From an uncultured Dokdonia sp. (GTDB lineage: Bacteria; Bacteroidota; Bacteroidia; Flavobacteriales; Flavobacteriaceae), in NCBI RefSeq assembly GCF_937910895.1, contig NZ_CALEMI010000138.1:5280-69279 (forward strand): a stretch of 64,000 nt of DNA. The letters are read 5' to 3'. This document shows, piece after piece, positions 9,513 through 17,891 of the stretch; position 1 is the first letter of the stretch, and each line of letters starts with the position of its first letter. The position numbers were made by a program, and so were the translations under genes. The notes below the pieces were generated by a model that searched no databases, was not told the origin of the DNA, and was given only the letters and a program-made list of their open reading frames with translations.

Positions 9513-10484
9513 TTATGGGGTATCTTTTGATATATGTATGATCGCATCTCCTTGATTTACAATTGGATATTGATTAATACATATCACATAACCCGCATAA
9601 AGTGCTTTCACAGGTTTTTCAAAATCTCCAAAAGGGTCTGAAATACTACCTAGTTTATCGCCTTTATGAATGTGTGCACCTAGCTGCACGTGAGAATGAA
9701 ACATTCCAGAATATTTTGCTCTGATCCAAGAAGAATGATTAATTATGGTAGGCTTTATGGTTGGACTTTCCATTGTCTCTAACTCCTTTGTAAAATCTCT
9801 CATTCCGAGATGTTGCATCACTCTAAGTGCTCCAGAAACTCCTGATTTTGTAACGTCGTCATCTAAAAACAACGTTTTCCCTCCTTCAAATAACAATACT
9901 TTTTTACCTAATTTACGTAGAGTTTCTCTGAAGGATTTTTCTTTATTTTTTGATTGTAATATAAAAGGACATCCAAATACTTCTGCCAATTTCATACTCT
10001 CATCATCTCCTTGACTTACTCTTATTTGAGGAGCGTTAAAACGGCTATCTCCTCCAGTATGATAATCAATACAATACTCGGCTAATGGAGATATTTCTTT
10101 AATGATATGATAAGCAAACCTACTTGCTAGTGAACCACGCAGACTGCCTGGAAAGACTCTGTTTAAATCACGTCCATCTGGAAACTCACGTGTTTTATTG
10201 AGAAAACCAAAAATATTGACCACAGGAATACAGATAACCATGCCTCGCTGAGGTTTATTATATCCTTTGGACACCAGCTGCCTAACGATCTCGATACCAT
10301 TTACCTCATTGCCGTGAATCCCTCCTGTTATTAATAAGGTAGGCCCATCTTCCTTTGCCCTCTCTACAATAATGGGCACTTCGATCTTGGTGCGTGTGTG
10401 CAACTTTGCAATATCAAGATTTATTTGTACTCCCTTTCCATTAGATATGGCACGGCCTAATATTTCGATTTTTTTATTCTGCAT
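9513..10484 (-). CDS. succinylglutamate desuccinylase/aspartoacylase (M14-like) family protein
   Basis: [31 protein letters not shown] motifs. Start probably ATG at 10484 (or 10496), overlapping the rimK stop, not 10541. Confidence 0.9.
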   Translation of the reverse strand: MQNKKIEILGRAISNGKGVQINLDIAKLHTRTKIEVPIIVERAKEDGPTLLITGGIHGNEVNGIEIVRQLVSKGYNKPQRGMVICIPVVNIFGFLNKTREFPDGRDLNRVFPGSLRGSLASRFAYHIIKEISPLAEYCIDYHTGGDSRFNAPQIRVSQGDDESMKLAEVFGCPFILQSKNKEKSFRETLRKLGKKVLLFEGGKTLFLDDDVTKSGVSGALRVMQHLGMRDFTKELETMESPTIKPTIINHSSWIRAKYSGMFHSHVQLGAHIHKGDKLGSISDPFGDFEKPVKALYAGYVICINQYPIVNQGDAIIHISKDTP

Positions 10485-11349
10485 TTCTTTCGACATATTT
10501 AATAATTTGCCCAGCGATATCTTTACCTGTAGCAGCTTCAATACCTTCTAATCCTGGTGATGAGTTCACCTCCAATATTAAAGGACCGCGCTCAGATTGT
10601 AACATATCTACCCCTGCGATACCCAGTCCCAATACTTTTGCTGCTTTTAATGCTGCATTCTCTTCTTCATCTGTAAGTGTTATAATATCGGCAGAACCTC
10701 CACGATGCAGGTTGGATCTAAACTCCCCTTCTTTTCCTTGTCGCTTCATAGCTCCTACTACAACCCCATCTACAACAAATACTCTTAAATCTGCTCCTTT
10801 TGCTTCTTTGATAAATTCTTGAACAATTACACGGGCTTGAAGACCATTAAAAGCTTCTAGCATAGACTCCGCAGAATTTTGATTATCGGCTAATACGACC
10901 CCAATCCCTTGGGTACCTTCCAACAGCTTTATGACTAGAGGCGCACCGCCTACTTTAGCGACAACACTGCCCACATCTTTTGAATAATTACTAAAGACTG
11001 TTTTGGGTAAATCCAAACCTGCTCTTGATAATATTTGCAAGCTTCTAAGTTTATCTCTAGATCTTACCAACGCTTGTGACTCGGTAGCACTAAAAACTTT
11101 CATCATCTCAAACTGTCTTACTACGGCGGTTCCAAAAAACGTAACAGAAGCACCTATTCTAGGAATTACTCCATCAATACCTGTAATTTCAGTTCCTCTA
11201 TAAATGATTCCTGGCTTCTTTTTTTCGATAACTAAATCACACTTTGTATGATCAATGACCAACATTTCATGACCTTTTTTTTCGCCAGCTTCCACCAACC
11301 TCTTAGTTGAATATAGATTTGGATTTGCAGACAGTATTACTAATTTCAT
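10474..11349 (-). CDS. rimK: alpha-L-glutamate ligase RimK
   Basis: ATP-grasp motifs: [50 protein letters not shown]. Confidence 0.93.
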   Translation of the reverse strand: MKLVILSANPNLYSTKRLVEAGEKKGHEMLVIDHTKCDLVIEKKKPGIIYRGTEITGIDGVIPRIGASVTFFGTAVVRQFEMMKVFSATESQALVRSRDKLRSLQILSRAGLDLPKTVFSNYSKDVGSVVAKVGGAPLVIKLLEGTQGIGVVLADNQNSAESMLEAFNGLQARVIVQEFIKEAKGADLRVFVVDGVVVGAMKRQGKEGEFRSNLHRGGSADIITLTDEEENAALKAAKVLGLGIAGVDMLQSERGPLILEVNSSPGLEGIEAATGKDIAGQIIKYVERNAE

Positions 11350-11503
11350 ATTTTAAATTATTTAAACATTAAAAACGCTCTTGGAGATGTATGGTAAAAA
11401 CCACAAAAGACTTCCAAATAAAATCAATCCAGAACTATTAAAGTCGATGAAGTATATTCGATTTTGATAAACCTCTATATAGTAGCGCGTGTTTAGCACT
11501 ATT

Positions 11504-11531
11504 ACAGACACTCAGAAAATAGAAAAGTCAC
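11504..11531 (-). promoter_or_regulatory. putative ECF-sigma promoter, site 3 (rimK operon)
   Basis: GTGAC-N17-GTCTGT facing rimK. Confidence 0.6.
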
Positions 11532-11576
11532 TCATTTTAGATCGTATTACAAAATTACTGCTATTTAAAATAAAAT

Positions 11577-11603
11577 GTGACCTAATCATAATTTAGTGTC
11601 TCA
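11577..11603 (+). promoter_or_regulatory. putative ECF-sigma promoter, site 4
   Basis: GTGAC-N16-GTCTCA, 75 bp before the 11678 start; divergent from site 3. Confidence 0.65.
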
Positions 11604-11677
11604 ACTATTGAATAAAACGATAATACCAAACATATATACTCAAAAAGAGATTTTCTTAAACACCATAGTATAATCCC

Positions 11678-12943
11678 ATGATAAAAACATTAAAAATAGG
11701 AGTCCTCGCCTTTATTTGCATGGCTTTTACGCTTCCTGTAAATGATACGGTCTATCCAATAGACGGGTATCAATATTCAGGAATCAAACGTTTAAAGCAT
11801 TTACAGCTTAGTATTTCTGGCGATCTGCCTGATGCTAAATTGCCTGCTGGTGCTTATAAAAGCATTAATGATATCAAGCTAAATTTGCTTTCGCGAAAGC
11901 AAAATACAACAGAAAGTATTTTAGTAGAAGATGCCGCATTACAAAAGAAAATCGATGCACTTTTCCCTCGTTTAGACAATAGCTACTCGGTGACTGTATT
12001 GGATATTTCTAAGCCTGACAGTTTACGATATGCACAGCAAAATGAGAGCAGAGGATATCAGCCTGGGAGCGTTGGCAAATTAGTAGTAGTGACCGCTTTG
12101 TTTGATCAATTAGCAAAAATATATCCTACTGATTATGACAAACGTGTATCTCTTTTAAAAACGAAAATAGTAAAAGGTGGAAACTGGGTGTTAACAGATG
12201 AGCATACCATTCCAGTATTTAATATAGAAACCAATAAATTGGTAAAACGTCAAGCTGTAGCTAGTGACGTTTTTTCACTCTTTGAATGGGCAGATCACGC
12301 GCTATCTGTAAGTAATAATGGGGCAGCAAGTGTGGTATGGAGAGAGGCTTTATTAATGGCTGCTTTTGGAGATAAATATCCAACTATGACTCAAGAAGAT
12401 GCTGATGCATACTTTAAAGCAGGACCTAAAAATGAGATTACAGACCTAGCCGTTTCTATTGTAAACCAACCCTTAAGAGATTTGGGTATTACAGAAGAGG
12501 AGTGGCGTTTAGGAACTTTTTTTACAAGAGGCGTAAACCCGTACGTGGGTAGTAAAGGAGGAAGCATAGGCTCTCCATTAGGTCTCATGAAATGGATGCT
12601 GCAACTAGAACAAGGCAAGATTGTAGACGAAAAATCAAGTCTTGAAATAAAGCGTTTAATGTATATGACCGATAGAAGAATACGCTATGCACAAGCCCCA
12701 GAATTGCGTGATGCTGCTGTCTATTTTAAATCAGGGAGTTTGTATAAATGTGATAAAACTAAGGGCGAGGGGTGTGGTAAATACAAAGGAAATGTTTTTA
12801 ACTATATGAACTCTGTTGCCATTATAGAGCATACAGATGGTTCAAAATACATGGTCTGCTTAATGACTAACGTATTGCGTAAAAACTCAGCGGGAGATCA
12901 CTTAGCATTAGCGAGTAGAATAGATAAAGTTATACGAAATTAA
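11678..12943 (+). CDS. serine hydrolase, class A beta-lactamase-like fold
   Basis: Signal peptide; SVGK (SxxK), SNN (SxN), KSG. Confidence 0.85.
   Translation: MIKTLKIGVLAFICMAFTLPVNDTVYPIDGYQYSGIKRLKHLQLSISGDLPDAKLPAGAYKSINDIKLNLLSRKQNTTESILVEDAALQKKIDALFPRLDNSYSVTVLDISKPDSLRYAQQNESRGYQPGSVGKLVVVTALFDQLAKIYPTDYDKRVSLLKTKIVKGGNWVLTDEHTIPVFNIETNKLVKRQAVASDVFSLFEWADHALSVSNNGAASVVWREALLMAAFGDKYPTMTQEDADAYFKAGPKNEITDLAVSIVNQPLRDLGITEEEWRLGTFFTRGVNPYVGSKGGSIGSPLGLMKWMLQLEQGKIVDEKSSLEIKRLMYMTDRRIRYAQAPELRDAAVYFKSGSLYKCDKTKGEGCGKYKGNVFNYMNSVAIIEHTDGSKYMVCLMTNVLRKNSAGDHLALASRIDKVIRN
11887..11900. repeat. palindrome copy 4 (in CDS, LSRKQ)
   Basis: Perfect 14-mer, extends to TTTGCTTTCGCGAAAGCAAA. Confidence 0.9.
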
Positions 12944-12946
12944 AGC

Positions 12947-13891
12947 ATGGTAGTATGGATCATTTTTATTAGCATTATTCTAGTATTTCTGGCATTAGAT
13001 TTAGGAGTGTTTAATAAAGTTCCTCATGTAATTAGTACCAGAGAAGCTTCTATATGGACAGGTATTTGGGTAAGTATTGGATTACTTTTTTCATTTGTTA
13101 TCTTTTTTATCTTTAAAAATAATTGGGTAGCAAATCCTAATCACTTAGCACCATGGGATGCATCTGTTACGTACGTGACAGGATATTTAGTAGAGTTATC
13201 TCTAAGTTTGGACAATATTTTTGTAATCTCTGTCATTTTTAGCTCTTTTAAAATTCCGCTAAAATTTCAGCATAGAGTTCTTTTTTGGGGAATTTTGGGA
13301 GCGCTGTTTTTTAGAGCACTCATGATATTTTTTGGGGTATTACTTATTCAAAAAATTAGTTGGATTACTTATATTTTTGGAGCTTTCTTGATTTTTACAG
13401 CATTGAAAATGCTTTTTTCTAAAGAAGAAAAAGAATATGATCCACAGCAATCTTTTGTTTTTAAAATGGTACGTAAAGTATTCCCGATAACTTCCGAAAT
13501 TAAAGATGAACGCTTTTTTGTAAAGAAGAAATATCTGCGAGTGGCAACTCCTTTATTTTTAGTACTTATTATTGTTGAATTTACAGATGTGCTTTTTGCA
13601 TTAGATAGTATTCCAGCTATTTTAGCGATTACATCAGATTCCTTTTTAGTGTTTACATCCAATATATTAGCCATCATGGGATTACGATCTATGTACTTTT
13701 TTCTAAGCAATATGACAACAAAATTTCATTACTTAAAATATAGTCTTGTAGCCATTTTAGTATTTGTGGGAATCAAACTAATAATGACTCATCTTTTTCA
13801 TTTTCCTGAATGGGTATCTCTAAGTTTTATTATTTTATCCTTAAGTATAGGTGTTCTGGCATCTCTTAAATCAAAACAGGATATTTCTTAA
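12947..13891 (+). CDS. TerC/Alx family membrane protein
   Basis: ELSLSLDNIFV, QHRVLFWGILGA, TDVLFALDSIPA, GLRSMYF. Confidence 0.92.
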   Translation: MVVWIIFISIILVFLALDLGVFNKVPHVISTREASIWTGIWVSIGLLFSFVIFFIFKNNWVANPNHLAPWDASVTYVTGYLVELSLSLDNIFVISVIFSSFKIPLKFQHRVLFWGILGALFFRALMIFFGVLLIQKISWITYIFGAFLIFTALKMLFSKEEKEYDPQQSFVFKMVRKVFPITSEIKDERFFVKKKYLRVATPLFLVLIIVEFTDVLFALDSIPAILAITSDSFLVFTSNILAIMGLRSMYFFLSNMTTKFHYLKYSLVAILVFVGIKLIMTHLFHFPEWVSLSFIILSLSIGVLASLKSKQDIS

Positions 13892-13903
13892 GTAAGATAG
13901 AAA

Positions 13904-14263
13904 ATGGAAGAAAAATATATTTTAATTGTCAATCAGGATATTATTGTTTCTTCTATAATGCAAAGATACTTGGTAGCTGATACCTTAACTTTTAGTTTAG
14001 CACAACGCTTTTTTGAAGTAGAGGAATTACTTAAAAAACAGAACGTTGATTTGGTAATTACAGATCTTATTATAGACGGCTTATCTACAAACGAATACAT
14101 TGCTTTTTTAAATAAGAAGTTACCTAATGTGCCTATTATTGTGACATGTCACATGGATCATACATCTATAAAAGCAGAAATTGAATTATTAGGAGCAACC
14201 ACGTCTATACCATTCCCTTTAAAGTTAAGCAAATTGAAGGCTACACTAAAACATTATTTATGA
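13904..14263 (+). CDS. single-domain response regulator receiver, atypical
   Basis: DLVITDL phospho-Asp context present; acidic pocket is NQD and the conserved Lys is absent (SIPFP). Confidence 0.75.
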   Translation: MEEKYILIVNQDIIVSSIMQRYLVADTLTFSLAQRFFEVEELLKKQNVDLVITDLIIDGLSTNEYIAFLNKKLPNVPIIVTCHMDHTSIKAEIELLGATTSIPFPLKLSKLKATLKHYL

Positions 14264-15189
14264 TGCAGGAACAATTATTATACACTATAGCCTTAGGTTT
14301 AGTTATTTTCTTAGTTTTTTTATGGGTCGTAATTGGGTATTCTATTATTATCAGACAATCGAGATATGTAACTCGCTCCAAAATAGATGCATTCTTTATA
14401 CAAAAACTATCCATGGAATACGCAGAAAGCAATGCACTGAACGTGCCAACGCACTTACATAATGATCAAACTATTGCTATCAAACTAAATAATGGGAGAA
14501 AACTACAATATGCATCAAGTATACTTATAAGAGTTCAGGATACATTTTATTCTGAAAATGACAACATGATCGAACAAGTTTGTAAAGAAAGTGGTATTTA
14601 TAAAGAGATAAATAAAAAGATAAAAAAGCAGAATTGGTATCCAAAAGCGATGGCTATTTGGTTGTCTTATGAACTGGATTTGAAGAGCCATCTAACGTGT
14701 ATCAAACCACTAATAAGCCATAAGAATGTTCTGGTACGACGAGAAGCTCAAATAGGATTGGTTCGGTTTTGGGGCTGGAAAAGCCTCAAAATACTACCAC
14801 AATTAAAATATCCCATCTCTTTATGGCAACAAATACGCATTATTGAAAACCTAATGGATTATTTTCCTATTCCAGACCTAACGTATATGAATAAAGCGTT
14901 GGAAACTCAAAATCCGTTTGGTATTGAACTTTTAATACGTCTTATACGGCGATTTGAAATGCATGCATATAAAAATTATGTGATTGAACAATTAGCGCAC
15001 CCTAATAAAAATGTATCAGAAACAGCTATAGAAGTACTTGAAACGTTTGATTTAAATGCAGACCAACTCTATAAAATAGAAAATCTATTAACATTACTAC
15101 CAACAGCAAATCAACCCATAAGAATCTCACAATTGATAGCTTTGCAACAAGTACCTACAAATAAAGAAAAGCAGCATGGAAATAATTAA
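14260..15189 (+). CDS. membrane-anchored HEAT-repeat protein
   Basis: N-terminal TM helix; HEAT-like segments (ISHKNVLVRREAQIGLV, LAHPNKNVSETAIEVL). Confidence 0.75.
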   Translation: MMQEQLLYTIALGLVIFLVFLWVVIGYSIIIRQSRYVTRSKIDAFFIQKLSMEYAESNALNVPTHLHNDQTIAIKLNNGRKLQYASSILIRVQDTFYSENDNMIEQVCKESGIYKEINKKIKKQNWYPKAMAIWLSYELDLKSHLTCIKPLISHKNVLVRREAQIGLVRFWGWKSLKILPQLKYPISLWQQIRIIENLMDYFPIPDLTYMNKALETQNPFGIELLIRLIRRFEMHAYKNYVIEQLAHPNKNVSETAIEVLETFDLNADQLYKIENLLTLLPTANQPIRISQLIALQQVPTNKEKQHGNN

Positions 15190-16591
15190 AAACGGGATTG
15201 ACTATTTTTTTCTCGTATATGGAATCGCACTATTTATATGCTATTTCTTTTTAATTTTATTTGCAATAGCTGCCATTCATAAAAATAAGAAAAGAAGCTT
15301 ATTTTTAAATGAAAATGATATGAAAGGAGCTATTGACTTACCTAGTATAAGTCTCATTGCACCTGCCTATAATGAAGGGAAATCCATTATTATTAACGTA
15401 TACTCATTACTATCTATCCAATATCCCTATTATGAACTCATTATTGTAAATGATGGAAGTAAAGACGATTCATTACAACAACTTATCGCAGAGTTTAAAC
15501 TTGAAATAGCCCCTTTTTATCAAAGTGACCAACATATTCAACACGCTACTGTTATTGGTATTTATAAAAGTACTGATCCGAAATACAAGCATCTTACCAT
15601 TATAAATAAACAAAATGGGGGTCGAGCAGATGCTCTTAATTGTGGTATTGCTTACGCGAAAACGAACTTAGTCCTCTGTACAGATGCCGACTGTATTATT
15701 GAACAAGATGCCTTACTTAAAATGGTACGCCCTTATCTTGAAGAATTAGACAAAGAGATTATTGCCTGCGGAGGTGCCATAGGTATCGCTAATGATTCAA
15801 TTATAGAAAATGGAATATTGAAAGAATTAAAAATACCTAAGAGTATTCTTGCCAGAATTCAAGTTGTAGAATATATAAGAGCCTTTTTATTAGGAAGAAT
15901 GGCTTGGCATCACATAGATGGATTGATGCTGGTTTCTGGCGCTTTTGGATTATATCCTAGGTCAAGAGTTCTAGAAGTAGGTGGTTTCGATAAAAATACA
16001 GTAGGAGAAGATCTAGAACTATGCATCAGATTGCGTAGTCATATGGAACAATTACGTGAACCTTATGAAGTGGTTTACATTCCCGAAACACTATGTTGGA
16101 CAGAAGCTCCTTCTACACGTAAAGTGTATATCACTCAACGGGATCGTTGGGCCCGAGGTTTGTGGGAAACTATCAAAAAACATCGTCAGCTCTTTTTTAA
16201 TCCAAAATACCGTACTATGGGAATGCTTTTCTTTCCATATTGGGTCTTTTTTGAATTAGGTGCTCCCATTGTAGAGTTTTTGGGGCTTATTTGCTTGATT
16301 GTACTTACGGTATTCGGATTAATTAATTGGCCTGTTGCTATTGCGTTATTTGTAGTAGTATATTTAATAGGCTGTATATTTTCTACCGCAGCTATATTAT
16401 TATATACCGTTAATTTTAAACATTATGCAAAAGGCTCCATGGTTATAAAATTACTTCTAGCAGCATATCTAGAATCTTTTATATCTCACCCTATAATGCT
16501 CTATGCAGAAATAAAGGGCTATTTTAAAAAGATATTTGGTATTAAATCTACTTGGGGAACAATGACAAGAAAAGGGTTCACAACTAAGTGA
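15176..16591 (+). CDS. processive glycosyltransferase family 2 (PgaC/IcaA/YaiP-like synthase)
   Basis: APAYNE, NDGSKD, DADC, GED, QRDRW (QxxRW); flanking TM helices. Confidence 0.9.
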   Translation: MEIIKNGIDYFFLVYGIALFICYFFLILFAIAAIHKNKKRSLFLNENDMKGAIDLPSISLIAPAYNEGKSIIINVYSLLSIQYPYYELIIVNDGSKDDSLQQLIAEFKLEIAPFYQSDQHIQHATVIGIYKSTDPKYKHLTIINKQNGGRADALNCGIAYAKTNLVLCTDADCIIEQDALLKMVRPYLEELDKEIIACGGAIGIANDSIIENGILKELKIPKSILARIQVVEYIRAFLLGRMAWHHIDGLMLVSGAFGLYPRSRVLEVGGFDKNTVGEDLELCIRLRSHMEQLREPYEVVYIPETLCWTEAPSTRKVYITQRDRWARGLWETIKKHRQLFFNPKYRTMGMLFFPYWVFFELGAPIVEFLGLICLIVLTVFGLINWPVAIALFVVVYLIGCIFSTAAILLYTVNFKHYAKGSMVIKLLLAAYLESFISHPIMLYAEIKGYFKKIFGIKSTWGTMTRKGFTTK

Positions 16592-16627
16592 TATAATTTT
16601 TGTTTGAGATTTGTTTAGTATTATGCT

Positions 16628-17881
16628 TTAAAATCTATAATTAATCCCAAGATTAAAAGCGATTTGATTGCCATTACGATTGTTTGATAGATCTTCCGTA
16701 AGATAACTTACACTTGTCTGAAAACTATATTTTTTTATACTCTTCTGTATTCCTAAAGAAGCATATCTAGCGGTAAGATCAGGGTTTGCTGCAATTTGTG
16801 TGAATCTGGTTCTATCATCAGGAGAAATCCCTACTCCTAATCTTACAAAAAGATAGTCTTCTGGATTCTCTAAATAATAGCGTATATTAAATTGATAATT
16901 CTGTATAAAGGTATCTTCTTTTTTTGGTCCTAAAAAAGCCCTCCCATTAAGGTAGAATTTGCCTGTATATTTTGTGACACCAATAACCATTGAGAAAAAA
17001 TCATTTGTATCAAAATCAAAGTATCGAAATCCTCCTTCCCCCTCAAAACCCTTTCCTAATGCATGAAATGACGACATACTCACCCCGTAGTTTTGATAAA
17101 AATCAGTATTAGAAGCATTAAGATTTATAAAACCATACCATTTTTCAGAAAAAACAGGGTATGCTTCTAGTTCATAAAGCGCTCCTTCATTTGTAAATCT
17201 ATCACTATAATTTATACGAGCAATCACTGCATGGTGTCCAAAATAATGCTGGTATTGAACACTTGTAGTATTCCAAGATTTTTGAACAGGATTATCTTTT
17301 AGAAAAGACAAGACCTCATGATTAACTCCTAGTTGATTAGAGTATGTTTTTTTAATCAATAATTGTAATCTGTATTTTTGGTCACTTGTTAGATTCTTTA
17401 AGTTCAAAATCTCACTGATAGTTTCTTTAGCGAGCTGTGTACTTTTCAACGTAATTAGTTGCTCAGCTTTAACGATTAAAAACGTTACATCATTCACAAA
17501 AAAAGGCTGTGTTAAATAGCTAAAGCGCTCGAGTTCTTTAGCATCATTTATAAGTGTTAGCTGCTCAAGAACTCGATTTTTTGAGTCTTGTAAACTATCT
17601 GTTTTTAAAAGTATAAGAATGTCCTCTTCTGCTTTTTTCAAATACCTTAACTGCTGTAGCACGCGAATTCTAAGTTGTCTTATTTCTACATACTCAGGAG
17701 CTATTAATAAGCTTTGATTTAGTCTATCTAAAGCGATGGTAAATTCTTCTTGATTATATAAATCACGAGCCTGTTTATAAAGTGCATCTACATCTACAGT
17801 ACTAGTCTGAGCAGATATAGTAGCGCATCCTAAAGTAGCAATACTCAAAAAAACAATTACCTTTTTACGAATTCCTTTCAT
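16628..17881 (-). CDS. TPR + YaiO-family outer-membrane beta-barrel protein
   Basis: Signal peptide, helical TPR-like N half, beta-strand C half ending GINYRF. Confidence 0.8.
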   Translation of the reverse strand: MKGIRKKVIVFLSIATLGCATISAQTSTVDVDALYKQARDLYNQEEFTIALDRLNQSLLIAPEYVEIRQLRIRVLQQLRYLKKAEEDILILLKTDSLQDSKNRVLEQLTLINDAKELERFSYLTQPFFVNDVTFLIVKAEQLITLKSTQLAKETISEILNLKNLTSDQKYRLQLLIKKTYSNQLGVNHEVLSFLKDNPVQKSWNTTSVQYQHYFGHHAVIARINYSDRFTNEGALYELEAYPVFSEKWYGFINLNASNTDFYQNYGVSMSSFHALGKGFEGEGGFRYFDFDTNDFFSMVIGVTKYTGKFYLNGRAFLGPKKEDTFIQNYQFNIRYYLENPEDYLFVRLGVGISPDDRTRFTQIAANPDLTARYASLGIQKSIKKYSFQTSVSYLTEDLSNNRNGNQIAFNLGINYRF

Positions 17882-17891
17882 TACAAATGTA

